Shown here piece by piece: positions 11,086 through 22,788 of a stretch of 64,000 nt of DNA (positions within the stretch are counted from its first letter, which is position 1; each line of letters begins with the position of its first letter). Below the pieces are notes generated by a model. The model had not been told where the DNA came from and did not search any database. It was given only the letters and a program-made list of their open reading frames with translations. The stretch spans positions 78,018 through 142,017 of the forward strand of contig OZ239770.1 in the NCBI GenBank assembly GCA_965196725.1. The letters run 5' to 3'. Position numbers and translations under genes: made by a program. This DNA comes from Mycoplasmatales bacterium (GTDB lineage: Bacteria > Bacillota_I > Bacilli_A > Mycoplasmatales > MT37).

Positions 11086-12438
11086 GTGAAAAAAGAAATT
11101 TACCTTAACCGAATTTGAAACTTTTTTTTGCAACAACAGTTAAAAAATTTCAGAGAAATTTTATTAAAAAAAGAAGCATTGGAACACTTAAAAAAAACCA
11201 AAATTCTTAAAATTGACGATGATGAAATTATTTTTGACGTTCATAATATAAAAGTGATTGATTTTTTAAAAAAAAACAATTTAATCAACAAGTTTTTAAT
11301 GCAAATTCAGGGAGAAGCAAAAAAAGTTATTTTTCAACAAAAAGCGATTACCACAAAAGAAAATACCACTTTAATGCCAACGCTTTTGTCGGACCATAAA
11401 CAGGTACAGCCTGTTATTTTGAATCTTGATAAAACAGTTGTAATCGGTGATTTTAATCGTAAAATCATTGAAATCATCGAACGAACATTAAATGGCGAGA
11501 AAATTTGAAGCCCTTTATTTATTCACAGTGCTTCGGGACTTGGCAAAACAAGTATCTTACATTTAATTGAACGCGCATATACTTCAAATAAGGTGTGTTA
11601 TATTTCGGCACTTGATTTTATTTCTGATTTTTTTGAAAAACTAACAATGTCTGTTCACGAAATTGAAGAGTGAAAAAAACAATTCGCCGAATATCAAGTT
11701 TACCTTTTTGATGATGTTCATTTGTTTGCTAATAAAAATAAAACGAACGAAGTTTTGTTTCAAATTATTAGTCGAGCAATTCAAAACAATAAAATTATTG
11801 TTTTTACAGCGGAAATTCATCCCGAAAATTTTATTGGGTTTGAAAAGCGATTAATTTCAAGATTTCAACAGGGGTTAATTTTGGAAATTAAAAAACCTGA
11901 CTTACCGGTCAGTGTAAAAATTATTCGCCAAAAGGGAAGAATGTTTTGCCCTAAAATGAAAATAACAGATGGAGCAATTAATGCAATTGCACAGCATTTC
12001 TCGCATGATATTCGTAAATTAGAAGGCGTTATTAAGCGGATTGCTTTTCAATGGGAATTCGAAAACCTTGAGGATAAGCCGGTTGATCTTGAGTTTATTA
12101 AGCGGATTTTTGGAGAAAAAAATTGAACCAAGAAAGCAAAATTAACAGCAAGACAAATTTTTAATCTTGTTGTTGATTACTATAATTTAAGTCAAAAAGA
12201 TCTTTTATCAATTAGTAAGAAGCAAAAAATTGTTATGATTCGTTATCTAGGGATGTATCTTATCCGCCAATTAACCATTATGAGTTATGAAAAAATTGCC
12301 CGGGTTTTTAATATCAAAAGTCATGCAACTGTTCTTAACGCAATTAAAAAGATCAAAAAACTAAATAAAACAGATCGTACAATTACGAAAGACGTTCAAA
12401 TTCTAACAAAAAAATGTCAGAAAATTAATCAAAATTAA
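11086..12438 (+). CDS. dnaA: Chromosomal replication initiator DnaA (start uncertain: GTG 11086 or TTG 11128)
   Basis: SASGLGKTSILH (Walker A), VYLFDDVH, DIRKLEG, C-terminal HTH ..SHATVLNAIKKI.. Three ORF-track pieces are in one frame, joined by TGA. In-frame TAG at 11080. Confidence 0.9.
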
Positions 12439-12729
12439 TAACATAATTTGACAAACAATTTTCTCAAACAGAGCAAGGAAAATTTTAATATTTTGTTAAG
12501 GCTAAATTTTTTTTAAATAACAATTAAACTAACATTGAATTAAACCAAAAAAGAGTGGTTAATTCAACTAAAAATAAACAAATAACATTAAGTTGACAAT
12601 TAATAATAATTAAAAAAGAAAAAGGTTATTTATTTAGATATTTAATTAATATTAGGTTAAAAGAGGAAATGTAATCTCCTGTTTTTTTGTGTAAAATAGA
12701 AATTAGTTGCTCTGTTTTAGGAATAGAAG
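12439..12729. other. AT-rich dnaA-dnaN intergenic region, candidate oriC
   Basis: 291-nt non-coding AT-rich gap between dnaA and dnaN. No perfect TTATCCACA box found; TGTGTAAAA (reverse complement TTTTACACA) near 12690 is the closest. Confidence 0.35.
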
Positions 12730-13836
12730 ATGAAAATTGTCATTAAAGCTTGATTATTAAAAAAGTTCTTTCGATATGTTAACAAGGTTATTTCTTATGA
12801 TCGTGGATCACAATTGTTGATTACTGCTTTCGAAAAAGAGTTAATGATTCAAGCTAATGACCGGAAGTTATCAGTTTCTGCCCGCTTTGCTAAAGATGAT
12901 TATGGGTTTGAAATTATTAATCAGGGTGAAATTTTAATTGACGCTAATTTAATCAACGAATTAGTTCAAAAATTTAATGATGAGGTTTTGAATTTATTTG
13001 TGTCGGAAGAAAATGTTTTACAAATTTTTACCACTTTATCCAAAACAAACATCACTTTAACAGCAAAAGAAAAATGAGATAAAGTTGACTTTGCTTTGCA
13101 AGGAACCACAGTTCAGGTTCCAACCCAAATTTTTAGCGATATTAATAGTCAACTTGCTTTTGCGGTTGCCAGAGGTGAAGCAAAACCAATTTTTCAAGGG
13201 ATTGGGATTAGCAGTCGAAATTCTTATTTGGTTGCTTCGGCGACAGATACACTACGTTTAGTTTGAAAACAATTAACACCTTTTTCCAAAAAAATTGAAC
13301 TTATTCTTCCTATTTATACAGTTAATGAAATCAACCGTTTAAATGATTTTGATTGTGAGAAAGCAACTTTAACTTACACTGATAATCAAATTTTAATTGA
13401 TTTAAACGGGCGAATCAAACTTTTAAGCGCTTTAATTGATGGTCATTATCCGGATTTAACCAAACAATTGGATCGGGAATTTGAAACAGATCTGGTTTGT
13501 TCGACACAAACCCTGATTAAAGCGATTGAAGCATGTAGTATCTTTCGGGAAGAAACATCTGAATATACGTCTGTTATGTTGGTTTATAAGGAACAAAAAT
13601 TTAAAGTTGCTTCAACGGCCGCCATCTCCAAAGGAAGCCACAATCAAGATGTTTTGTTGTTTAAATTCAGCGGTAAAGAGCAAAAAGTTCAATTCCAAGC
13701 ACGCTTTTTATTAGAAACGCTTCGCAGTTTTCCATCTAAATCACAAACCCGAATTCAATTTGCGATTAAAGAAGGACCAATTTTGCTTACAATTGCTGAT
13801 GAGAATCGTGTCTTTAACTTGATTCTGCCGGTTTGA
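12730..13836 (+). CDS. dnaN: DNA polymerase III beta sliding clamp
   Basis: Position after dnaA. 368-aa frame from ATG 12730 is continuous through TGA codons (MKIVIKAWLLKKFF..). Confidence 0.85.
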
Positions 13837-13914
13837 AGTTAAAAACTTTCCCTCTGTTCATTATTTTTTTTCTTGTTTTGATGATAAAATCCAAAACAAT
13901 TATAATTTTTTACA

Positions 13915-14724
13915 GTGAAACTACCGGTTAAATTTTTAGCAATTGATCTTGATCACACCCTAATTGGTTTTGGAATGGGAACAGTTTCGTCCAACAACAC
14001 CATTGCAATTCAAAATTTAAAACTTTCCGGGGTTGAAGTCGTGATTGTTACCGGGAGAAGTTTTGAACGCTCTTTACAATACGCGAAAGCCTTAAAATTA
14101 AACTATCATGTTTGCTTTGGTGGTTCCGTCATCTATGATCTTAAAAATAATTGTTTTTTAAGGATTGCAAAATTTGAGAAAAAAACATTGCAAGCTTTAC
14201 AAACCCTTATTTTGAATGATCCTTCTTTATATGCTGTTTTTTATGTCGTTCAAGCGGACGGTAAAATTGCTAATTTCACCCTTAATCAACCAAATCAAGG
14301 TTTTTTCTTTCATCAAATTAATAATCAATCATTTCAAACTTTTACGCCGACTGTTTTTGATCAAAAGGTGGTTCGGGTTAATGTTTTCACCAACAATCTT
14401 TTAGGATTGGAAAATGCCTTTCAACAAATTAGTTTTCTGTCAACCGTGAAAGTGAATCAAAACTACAATTCCGTGCTCGAAATTACCCCAATTGAAGGTC
14501 ATAAAGGAGCAGCGGTGAAGAGTCTGATTAAAGATCTTAACATTTCTCAATCACAAACTGCCGCAATTGTTGATAGCTTAAATGATTATCCGTTAATTCA
14601 GTTTGTTCGTTATAGTTTTGCCGTAGCTAATGCTAACCAATTAATTAAACGCAGTTGTCAATATCAAACCAAATCTTTTGATCAAGACGGCGTGGCATTT
14701 GCAATTGAAAAATGACTTTTATAA
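13915..14724 (+). CDS. HAD-superfamily (Cof-type) phosphatase
   Basis: Motif I AIDLDHTLIG, motif II VTGRS, C-terminal ..DSLNDYPLI.. GTG start; reads through the TGA at 14713 to TAA at 14722. Confidence 0.8.
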
Positions 14725-14736
14725 AAGATTAAATTA

Positions 14737-16149
14737 TTAGACTACCCGATTGGTTTTTCATAATGTAAAAGTTAAAGTATTTGTGGCAACCAATCAACCT
14801 AGATTAACACTTAACGGAACCAATGTTCCACTATACAGCATTGGTCTTTGTAGTTTCCAAAATCAAGCATAAATTTTACCATTGCTTTTTAATTCTAAAT
14901 CAATTTGATTTGGATTGTTTTTAAGAATATTGAGCGCTTGTTCCATTTGATTTTTGACATCTTTCACGACAAACGAATTTGGATTAGTCTCAAAGTCAAA
15001 ACTTGGATAAGTAAGTTGCATGAAGTTTTCAACCCCTTGCTTTCATTTGCTATATCCTTCGGGCGTTAAAATCTCTCGTTTAAAATGGGCAAAATCATCA
15101 AAAATTGCCAAAGCTTTCAATTCTTTTGCAAATGATTTAGAAGGGTTATTAACGTCATAATATTCATCAGCAATTGCCGCTGGTGCTTTGATAAAATGCG
15201 TCACAAATTCTGAATATATTACATCGTATTGTGATATTTCTCAATTTGAGGAATAGCTACCATTTTCGGTCCCGGCTTCAATCATTTTTAAAGATGGTTG
15301 CAACGGACTAATTAGCGTAATCATTCTTCACACTTTTGCCGCCTCCGATACCTCTAAAAATTTTCATGGATCTTCTCTGCTTTTTACTAAAAATAATATT
15401 TCTATTCCGGCTGGCGCGATTCATAAACCAGCAAAAAACAGAAAAACAAAAAACGTAATAATTGTGATTGGCAAAATTCCCTTTGATCCTAATTTAAAAG
15501 ACGAAAACAGCATTCCCAAACTCAGGTTTGTCAAAATAAACATTAGTAATCCTAGAAGAAAAACCCCTCAGTTAAATTGTGGCAGAATTTTATTTCTGAA
15601 ACTAGGATAAAAGGCTAAAACCGCAAATTTAAGCAATACTGCAACAATCGAAAGGGCAAAATATAAAATAAAAAACAACATCAACAAACTGTTTTTAGTT
15701 GTAAAACCACTGACCATTTTTTTGTAGAGAATTGTATATTTAATGTCGGCGATGGAAACGGCCATATAAATAAAGGCAGCAAAGCCAATTGTATAAATTA
15801 AAAACTCAAATCAAATTTTAACTTTCGTTATTGCGGCAATATTTGTTTGACCAAATAAACTTTCATTAAAAAGATTTACTTTGAAAAGGATTAAATAAAT
15901 AACTGAAATGACAATTGGAAAAATAAGAATAATGGTAACACCGATGTAATCACTAAAGAAAAGTCGAACAATAAATTTGAAAACAATTCAATTTTGCCTT
16001 CAAGTTTTGTATTCTATTAAATTTCTTTCCCTGGAATTTTTATTTACTGTATTTTCCTTGGAATTATTGTCTGATGCATTTTTTAGCAATTTCTTCCCAA
16101 ATTGCTTTATGTTAGAAAATCACGTTTGCTTTTTTAAATAATTTGTCAT
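14737..16149 (-). CDS. ABC transporter permease (unknown substrate)
   Basis: 470-aa frame checked codon by codon: no TAA/TAG, many TGA. Hydrophobic segments; immediately downstream of the ATPase gene. Confidence 0.65.
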
Positions 16150-16155
16150 TTTTTT

Positions 16156-16926
16156 CTATAATCTTCCAATCTCTTTATCGATGTATTCGTGAATCATGTT
16201 TTTAATTGTGCCTCATTTTTTCTTGGCTTGACTTACTTTTCCATCAAAAGTGATTGTTTTGTTTCGTTTAGAAATCAAAACAATTCGATTGCAAAGATTA
16301 ATTTCTTCTAGATCGTGGGTAATTCAAATAATTGTTTGGTTCTTGTCTTTTTTATATAGTTCATCAAATAGACGAAATAATTCAATTCGCCCGTTAATAT
16401 CGACTCCAGCAGTTAATTCATCTACAATGCAAAATCTTCCAGGCATACTTAACATTAAAACCGCTTCTAATTTCTTGCGTTGACCGAATGATAATTTGTT
16501 TACTTTTTGATTTTTAAGTTCATAAATCTGTAGGATTTTCATTAATCGGTCGGTTACCGAGGAACTGGCTTTGATGCTGAAAAGATTTTGATACAGTTTA
16601 ATGACGTTTTTTACAAGCAGCTTCCGTGGATATTCACCAACTTGATAAACAACCTGGGTGTTCAAAAGAAAATTCTGTTTATTGATGTCGTAAATAATTT
16701 CTCCTTTGCTTGGTGATTTTAGACCCAGCAAAATTTCCGTCAATGTTGTTTTACCACAACCGTTTACTCCGATTAAGGCGATTTTATCACCCTTTTTGAT
16801 TTCGAGATTAATGCCTTTGAAAACAACATTTTTCCCAAAACTTTTGCTAAGATTGACTACTTTAAGCAAAACGTTTTTTTCAGTCTTGTTTGCTTTTATT
16901 GGAGAATTATTTGTTTTTTGTTGCAT
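16156..16926 (-). CDS. ABC transporter ATP-binding protein
   Basis: Walker A GVNGCGKTT, signature LSFGQRKK, Walker B FCIVDELTAGVD. TGA at 16324 read through to TAG at 16156. Confidence 0.85.
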
Positions 16927-17071
16927 TTTTTAAATCCAAAAAATAATTGCTTAATTATAACACAACATTTTGATGGAAAACAGTTTTGAAAGATCACGTA
17001 TTAAAACCAAAATTGCAATATGGTGATATAGTAAAATAAAAGTTAATATTTGGATTCTTGTTCGAAACAAT

Positions 17072-18340
17072 ATGTTAACAATTAAAACTCTTCTTTCGCT
17101 CGAAAAACAAAAACGGCAACGCTTATTTCAACGCACAAGGAATAATAATTATGCCGAAATTTTTAAAAATTTAGAATTTCTTTATCAACATCAAAAACAA
17201 ATTCAACAACTTTTTGATTTTCATCAACATAAAATTAAACAACTAACCGTATTAATTCATTTAAATAATGATTTGCAACAAAAAGCGCAAACTGTTTTTT
17301 ACCGCAAAATTAACCAGTACCTTCGTCAATTTTTAAATTTTTTGACACTTAAAAGTAATTATTTCCAAAGTCAACTACCCAACATCCCTCATCAATCAGT
17401 TCCAGTTGGTGACGAAAAAAATAATCAAATTATCGAACAATCGTTGGATTATGAAAAACAAAAATTTGCTGAATTAAAAACCAAATTGTTTTTAAGACAT
17501 GATCAAATTCTCCAACAGTTTGACCTTTTAGAAACAGTGAATACAACCAAAATGACAACTTCACGAACAGTAACATATCAAGGATTAGCGAGTCGGTTAT
17601 TGCGTGCTTTGCAAAATTTTCTCCTTGATTATCATGTTCAGAATAATTATTTAGAAATAACGCCACCTTATTTTGTTAAGCGCAAAGCAATGATAAATAC
17701 CGGTCAATTTCCAAAAGCTGAAAATGACAGTTACCAACTTGGGAATCTTGATTTGTATCTTATTCCGACTGCGGAAGTTTCACTAGTTAATCTATATTAT
17801 AAAAAGTTATTTAAAAAAACTGATTTACCGCATAAAGTTTGTGCTTATTCTCCTTGTTTTCGCAAAGAAGCAGGGGCTGCCGGACAAAAAACTGCTGGCA
17901 TTATTCGTTTACATCAATTTCATAAAGTGGAAGTTGTCCAATTTGTTGAAGCATCAAAATCTTATCAAGCATTAATTAAAATGACAAAAGAACTAGGGAA
18001 TATCTTAAAATTATTAAAAATCCCCTTCCGGATCGTTAATCTTGCCAGTGAAGATTTAGCTTTTCAAGCCGCCAAAACATTGGATTTAGAAGTATGATGA
18101 CCGAGTCAACAACAATTTTTGGAAATTTCTTCAATTTCAAATACTGAGGCCTTTCAAGCTTCATCTTTACAAATTAAGTACTTAAACGACGTTAATAAAG
18201 AGCATGTTCACATTCTTAATGGATCAGGATTGGCGATTGATCGTTTATTAGCAGTTTTAATTGAATATTATTTCGATCAAAAAAAACAAACCTTTCTTTG
18301 ACCACCAATTTTAGCAAAGTATTTAAATCAGGTTGGATAA
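17072..18340 (+). CDS. serS: Seryl-tRNA synthetase
   Basis: Class II motifs ..CFRKEAGAAGQKTAGIIRLHQFHKVE.. and ..NGSGLAIDRLLAVLIE.. Tandem TGA TGA at 18095-18100 read as WW. Confidence 0.9.
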
Positions 18341-18392
18341 ATCCGGTAAAATTAATTTATAACTTTGTGATTCAATTCTTTTTTAAAAACCA

Positions 18393-19811
18393 ATGTCAAG
18401 AAGCAAAAATATTAATTTTTATCAAAAATATCGTCCTAATACTTTTGCCACTATTGCCGGGCAAGAAGTAATTGTTAAAATTTTACGACAACAAATTAAA
18501 CACGAAGCAATTCATCATGCTTATCTTTTCTCTGGCAAACAAGGGATTGGTAAAACAACAACAGCGCGTGTTTTCGCTAAAACAATTAATTGTTTAAATT
18601 TGTCGTCTGCTACTGATCGTTGTTTTAAATGCTCATGATGTTTAAAATTAGAAGAACAAACTTTAGATATTAATGAAATTGATGCCGCTTCCAATAATGG
18701 AGTGGAAAACATTCGCGCTTTAAAAGATGATGCTGTTTTATCACCTATTTTAGGGCGTTTTAAAGTTTACATTATTGATGAGGTTCATATGTTATCCAGG
18801 AGCGCTTTCAACGCGTTTCTAAAAATTTTAGAAGAACCACCACGTCATGTTGTGTTTATTTTAGCAACCACCGAATTAGAAAAACTTCCCGCAACAATTG
18901 TTTCGCGTTGTCATCATTTTCGATTTCGGAACTTAAATTATGAAAAATTAAGTTTAATTCTGGCGAAAATCGCCCAAAATGAAAAGATTAAAATCGCCAC
19001 CACCGCCTTACAAGCAATTGCTAAACATACTAATGGTGCGGTTCGAGATGCCTTAAATTTACTTGAGCAAGCTGCCACTTTTTTTTCTGCTGATCAATTA
19101 ATTGATCTGAAAGCAATTAATCAACTACTTGGAACAATGGCCCAAGATCAAGTTTATAATCTGTTTGAACCCCTTTTGACCCGCCATTTTACTAAAATTT
19201 GACCGGTCCTTGACCGCTGAAAAATTCAAAATGTTAACTTTGCGCAAATGGCTGAAAAAATGGTTAAATTTTGCAATGATGTTCGCATTCAAAATCTTTT
19301 TCAACAAACCGTTCCTTTTAAGCGTTTCCCTCTTTTCCAACCCTGAACGGCGCGTGATTTCATAATTTTAGAAAAAATTGCCTCTCTCATCGTTGCTGAT
19401 TTAAGCAATTTTCAATTAAATATCGATCCCAAAATCATGTTTGAAAATTTGATTTTAAAGATTATTCAAATCTTGCCGCCGCTTTATCATTTTGAGGAGC
19501 AAAAATATCTCCTACTGCTAAGAAACAATGATGTTGAATTAAAAAAGCGTTTAAAAAAAACCCGAAAAACATTAACGCCTTCTCTTGTTGTTTTTCAAGA
19601 AATTAAACTGCTTGCTGCCACTTCAAAAGCATTATTGTTGCTTATTACGGAAGAAGTTTTAAAATTTTTGCAAGATTCGGATGGAAAACAACAGTTTGAA
19701 CAATTTTGTCTGCTGAATAAATGAGAAAAATATCAGATTAATTTCATTTCTTTTCGGCAACGTGATTTTATTAAAACTAATTTCACCTCCACTTTTCCAA
19801 AACAACAATAA
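18393..19811 (+). CDS. dnaX: DNA polymerase III subunit gamma/tau
   Basis: GKQGIGKTTTARVFAK, IIDEVHMLS, ATIVSRCHHFRF. Three ORF pieces in one frame. Confidence 0.9.
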
Positions 19812-19827
19812 AATTTATCAAACTAAA

Positions 19828-19836
19828 TGATATAAT
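19828..19836 (+). promoter_or_regulatory. Extended -10 element TGATATAAT upstream of paralogue A
   Basis: TGnTATAAT about 118 nt upstream of ATG 19954; the same element precedes paralogue B. Confidence 0.45.
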
Positions 19837-19848
19837 TTTTGACGGCAG

Positions 19849-20618
19849 TCTGGTGATTGCTTTTTCTCAACCCAAAATGCTAGTTCATGTGGTATTTTTT
19901 GACATCCCCCGTCATTTGTTTTTTAAAAAACCGAAAACAAGGAGAAGAGTATTATGAAAGGCAAAACCTCTCTTTTTAAAAAATGGTTAGAAAAGTCAAA
20001 ACGCAATAAACTGGTAACTTTTTCCACCGTTTTTCTGATTTCAACCCTCATCATTGCGGGAAGTTTAGGAGGTTATTTTGCAACCCGTTCCGATGAAGCA
20101 ACATCGAGCAATTTACAAACAATTGCCCCTGATGATTTTATTACTAAGAAACATCTGGACGACGAATTAGCCAAAAAATTAAATCTGGCTGATCTGAATA
20201 ATCAAATTAAAGATGCCCATTCCTCCCTAAAAACTGATGCCGCATTTCAACAACATCTTGCCGATGCATTAACAACCAAATTTGCTGATTATTTGCAAAA
20301 AAGCGCTTTTAACACCGAGTTAAAAACAGCAGTGCAAAGTTTAAAAACTGATAGCACTTTTCAAACCAATTTGGCCGAAGCATTAACCGCTGAATTTACC
20401 AAATATTATTCTAAAACCAACATTGATAGTAATTTCTACACCAAAACTGCGGTTAACACCCTGCTAAATTCGTATCTGCAAAAAACCAATTTAACCGCGG
20501 AAACCAAAGCGGTTATTACCCAATTAAAAACTGATTCCCAATTTCAAACAGATATTGCGGAAGCATTAAGAAGCACATTTGATAACTACTACACCAAACC
20601 CGAAGTTGATAGCAAACT
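19849..20618 (+). repeat. Copy 1 of duplicated 5'UTR + N-terminal coding cassette
   Basis: By eye identical to 22018-22788, except for one extra T in a T-run (T5 here, T6 in copy 2) and one synonymous SNP (20130 T versus 22300 C). Confidence 0.85.
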
Positions 20619-21828
20619 AACTGCTAAAGCCGACAAAACCTATACTGATCTTGCGCTGGCGCTTAAGACCGATCAAACCTACACCGATACCGAATTAGCC
20701 AAAAAAGCCGACAAAACTGATCTCTTCGAACCTGCGGCAGTTGCCCTAGAATTAAAATCTTCTTTAACACCGCGTTTGGCAACAAAAACAGAAGTTAATG
20801 CTAAAGCTTCCAAAACTTACACTGACACCGAATTAGCCAAAAAAGCCGACAAAACTTACACTGACACCGAACTAGCAAAAAAGGCAACCACAGTTGCTTT
20901 GCAAGATAAATTAGATAAAACAAGTTATGATTTTGCTCCCTTATTTGGTCAATATGAATTTGCCACTGATACTAACACCAATAAAAAGGTTCCTCGCTTA
21001 AAAGAATATGGGAAACTTTCCCAATCTAAAACACGCTTAGCCCATTATCCGCGTGAATATTCAACGCTTGAAAGTAATTTGATATCTTACGGAATTAGTT
21101 ATCTTAAACGCGCTAATAGCAAAGTGCTAGTCCAAGGGCATCGAAAAGGATGAGTTAAAGATCCAACACCGCCAACATGAGGTGATAATGCACTAACGTT
21201 GAATGCTGTTAAAGGTTATGATTGAAGCGCTTTGATCAATCAAGGAGAAACAAAAGACATTAGTGCTCAAACAGTTCCTAAAAGATTTTTTAAAGGCGAT
21301 AAATTAGTTATTAAATTCCATATACATTTGACTAATCATGGTCGAAATGGTTTATTTTTAATCTTTAAATATAATGGCGTTAATTTGAAAATTACAGATG
21401 CTAAATGGTGAAACCGTTGGCAGGGTTCTTCAGGAATTGATAGCGAATGAGCACGTAATACAACAAAAAGTGATTGTAATACTGTCGCTGTAGCACAATT
21501 TAATCCACTCAAATACAAATATCTCGAAGGTACATTTGTCATTCTTTTTGAAGATAATATTTACATTAGAATGGCAAATGGTGGTGTCGATAACGAAACT
21601 GATATTAACCATACAATGGCGCAAGCAACATTAGAATATCCTACAAATTACGATGATAATGTTGGAATTGAATTCTCTGGAATTGAAATTTCAGAAACGG
21701 CGTGGGCGACAGGAGCTCCTACAAGCAGTGGTTCTTCTCATAAATTTGATGTTGGAAGTAGAATTATTTTGAAGGAAAGTCCTTTTAACAAACAATTAGC
21801 TGCTGTTACACCAGGAGTAGAATTTTAA
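19954..21828 (+). CDS. Membrane-anchored repeat protein, paralogue A (624 aa)
   Basis: N-terminal TM anchor ..LVTFSTVFLISTLIIAGSLGGYF.. Helical LKTDxxFQxxLAEAL repeats and KADKTYTDTELAKK modules. Trp-rich C-terminal domain read through 6 TGA codons, frame checked. Confidence 0.75.
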
Positions 21829-21997
21829 TTTTTCACTGCTTAATTTTAAGTAACAACAAAACAGTTTAAACCAACTTTTCTAACCGAAAAATGTGATTAA
21901 AATCAAGCGCATGTGGTTGTTTTTTCTAATGTAAATGGAATTAATCAAACTTTTTAGTTCTCGTTAAAATATCAAAAATAGAAATATTTAAGCTTGA

Positions 21998-22006
21998 TGA
22001 TATAAT
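21998..22006 (+). promoter_or_regulatory. Extended -10 element TGATATAAT upstream of paralogue B
   Basis: Same sequence and spacing as at 19828. Confidence 0.45.
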
Positions 22007-22017
22007 CATGGCAGCAA

Positions 22018-22788
22018 TCTGGTGATTGCTTTTTTCTCAACCCAAAATGCTAGTTCATGTGGTATTTTTTGACATCCCCCGTCATTTGTTTTTTAAAAAA
22101 CCGAAAACAAGGAGAAGAGTATTATGAAAGGCAAAACCTCTCTTTTTAAAAAATGGTTAGAAAAGTCAAAACGCAATAAACTGGTAACTTTTTCCACCGT
22201 TTTTCTGATTTCAACCCTCATCATTGCGGGAAGTTTAGGAGGTTATTTTGCAACCCGTTCCGATGAAGCAACATCGAGCAATTTACAAACAATTGCCCCC
22301 GATGATTTTATTACTAAGAAACATCTGGACGACGAATTAGCCAAAAAATTAAATCTGGCTGATCTGAATAATCAAATTAAAGATGCCCATTCCTCCCTAA
22401 AAACTGATGCCGCATTTCAACAACATCTTGCCGATGCATTAACAACCAAATTTGCTGATTATTTGCAAAAAAGCGCTTTTAACACCGAGTTAAAAACAGC
22501 AGTGCAAAGTTTAAAAACTGATAGCACTTTTCAAACCAATTTGGCCGAAGCATTAACCGCTGAATTTACCAAATATTATTCTAAAACCAACATTGATAGT
22601 AATTTCTACACCAAAACTGCGGTTAACACCCTGCTAAATTCGTATCTGCAAAAAACCAATTTAACCGCGGAAACCAAAGCGGTTATTACCCAATTAAAAA
22701 CTGATTCCCAATTTCAAACAGATATTGCGGAAGCATTAAGAAGCACATTTGATAACTACTACACCAAACCCGAAGTTGATAGCAAACT
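22018..22788 (+). repeat. Copy 2 of duplicated 5'UTR + N-terminal coding cassette
   Basis: See 19849-20618. Confidence 0.85.
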
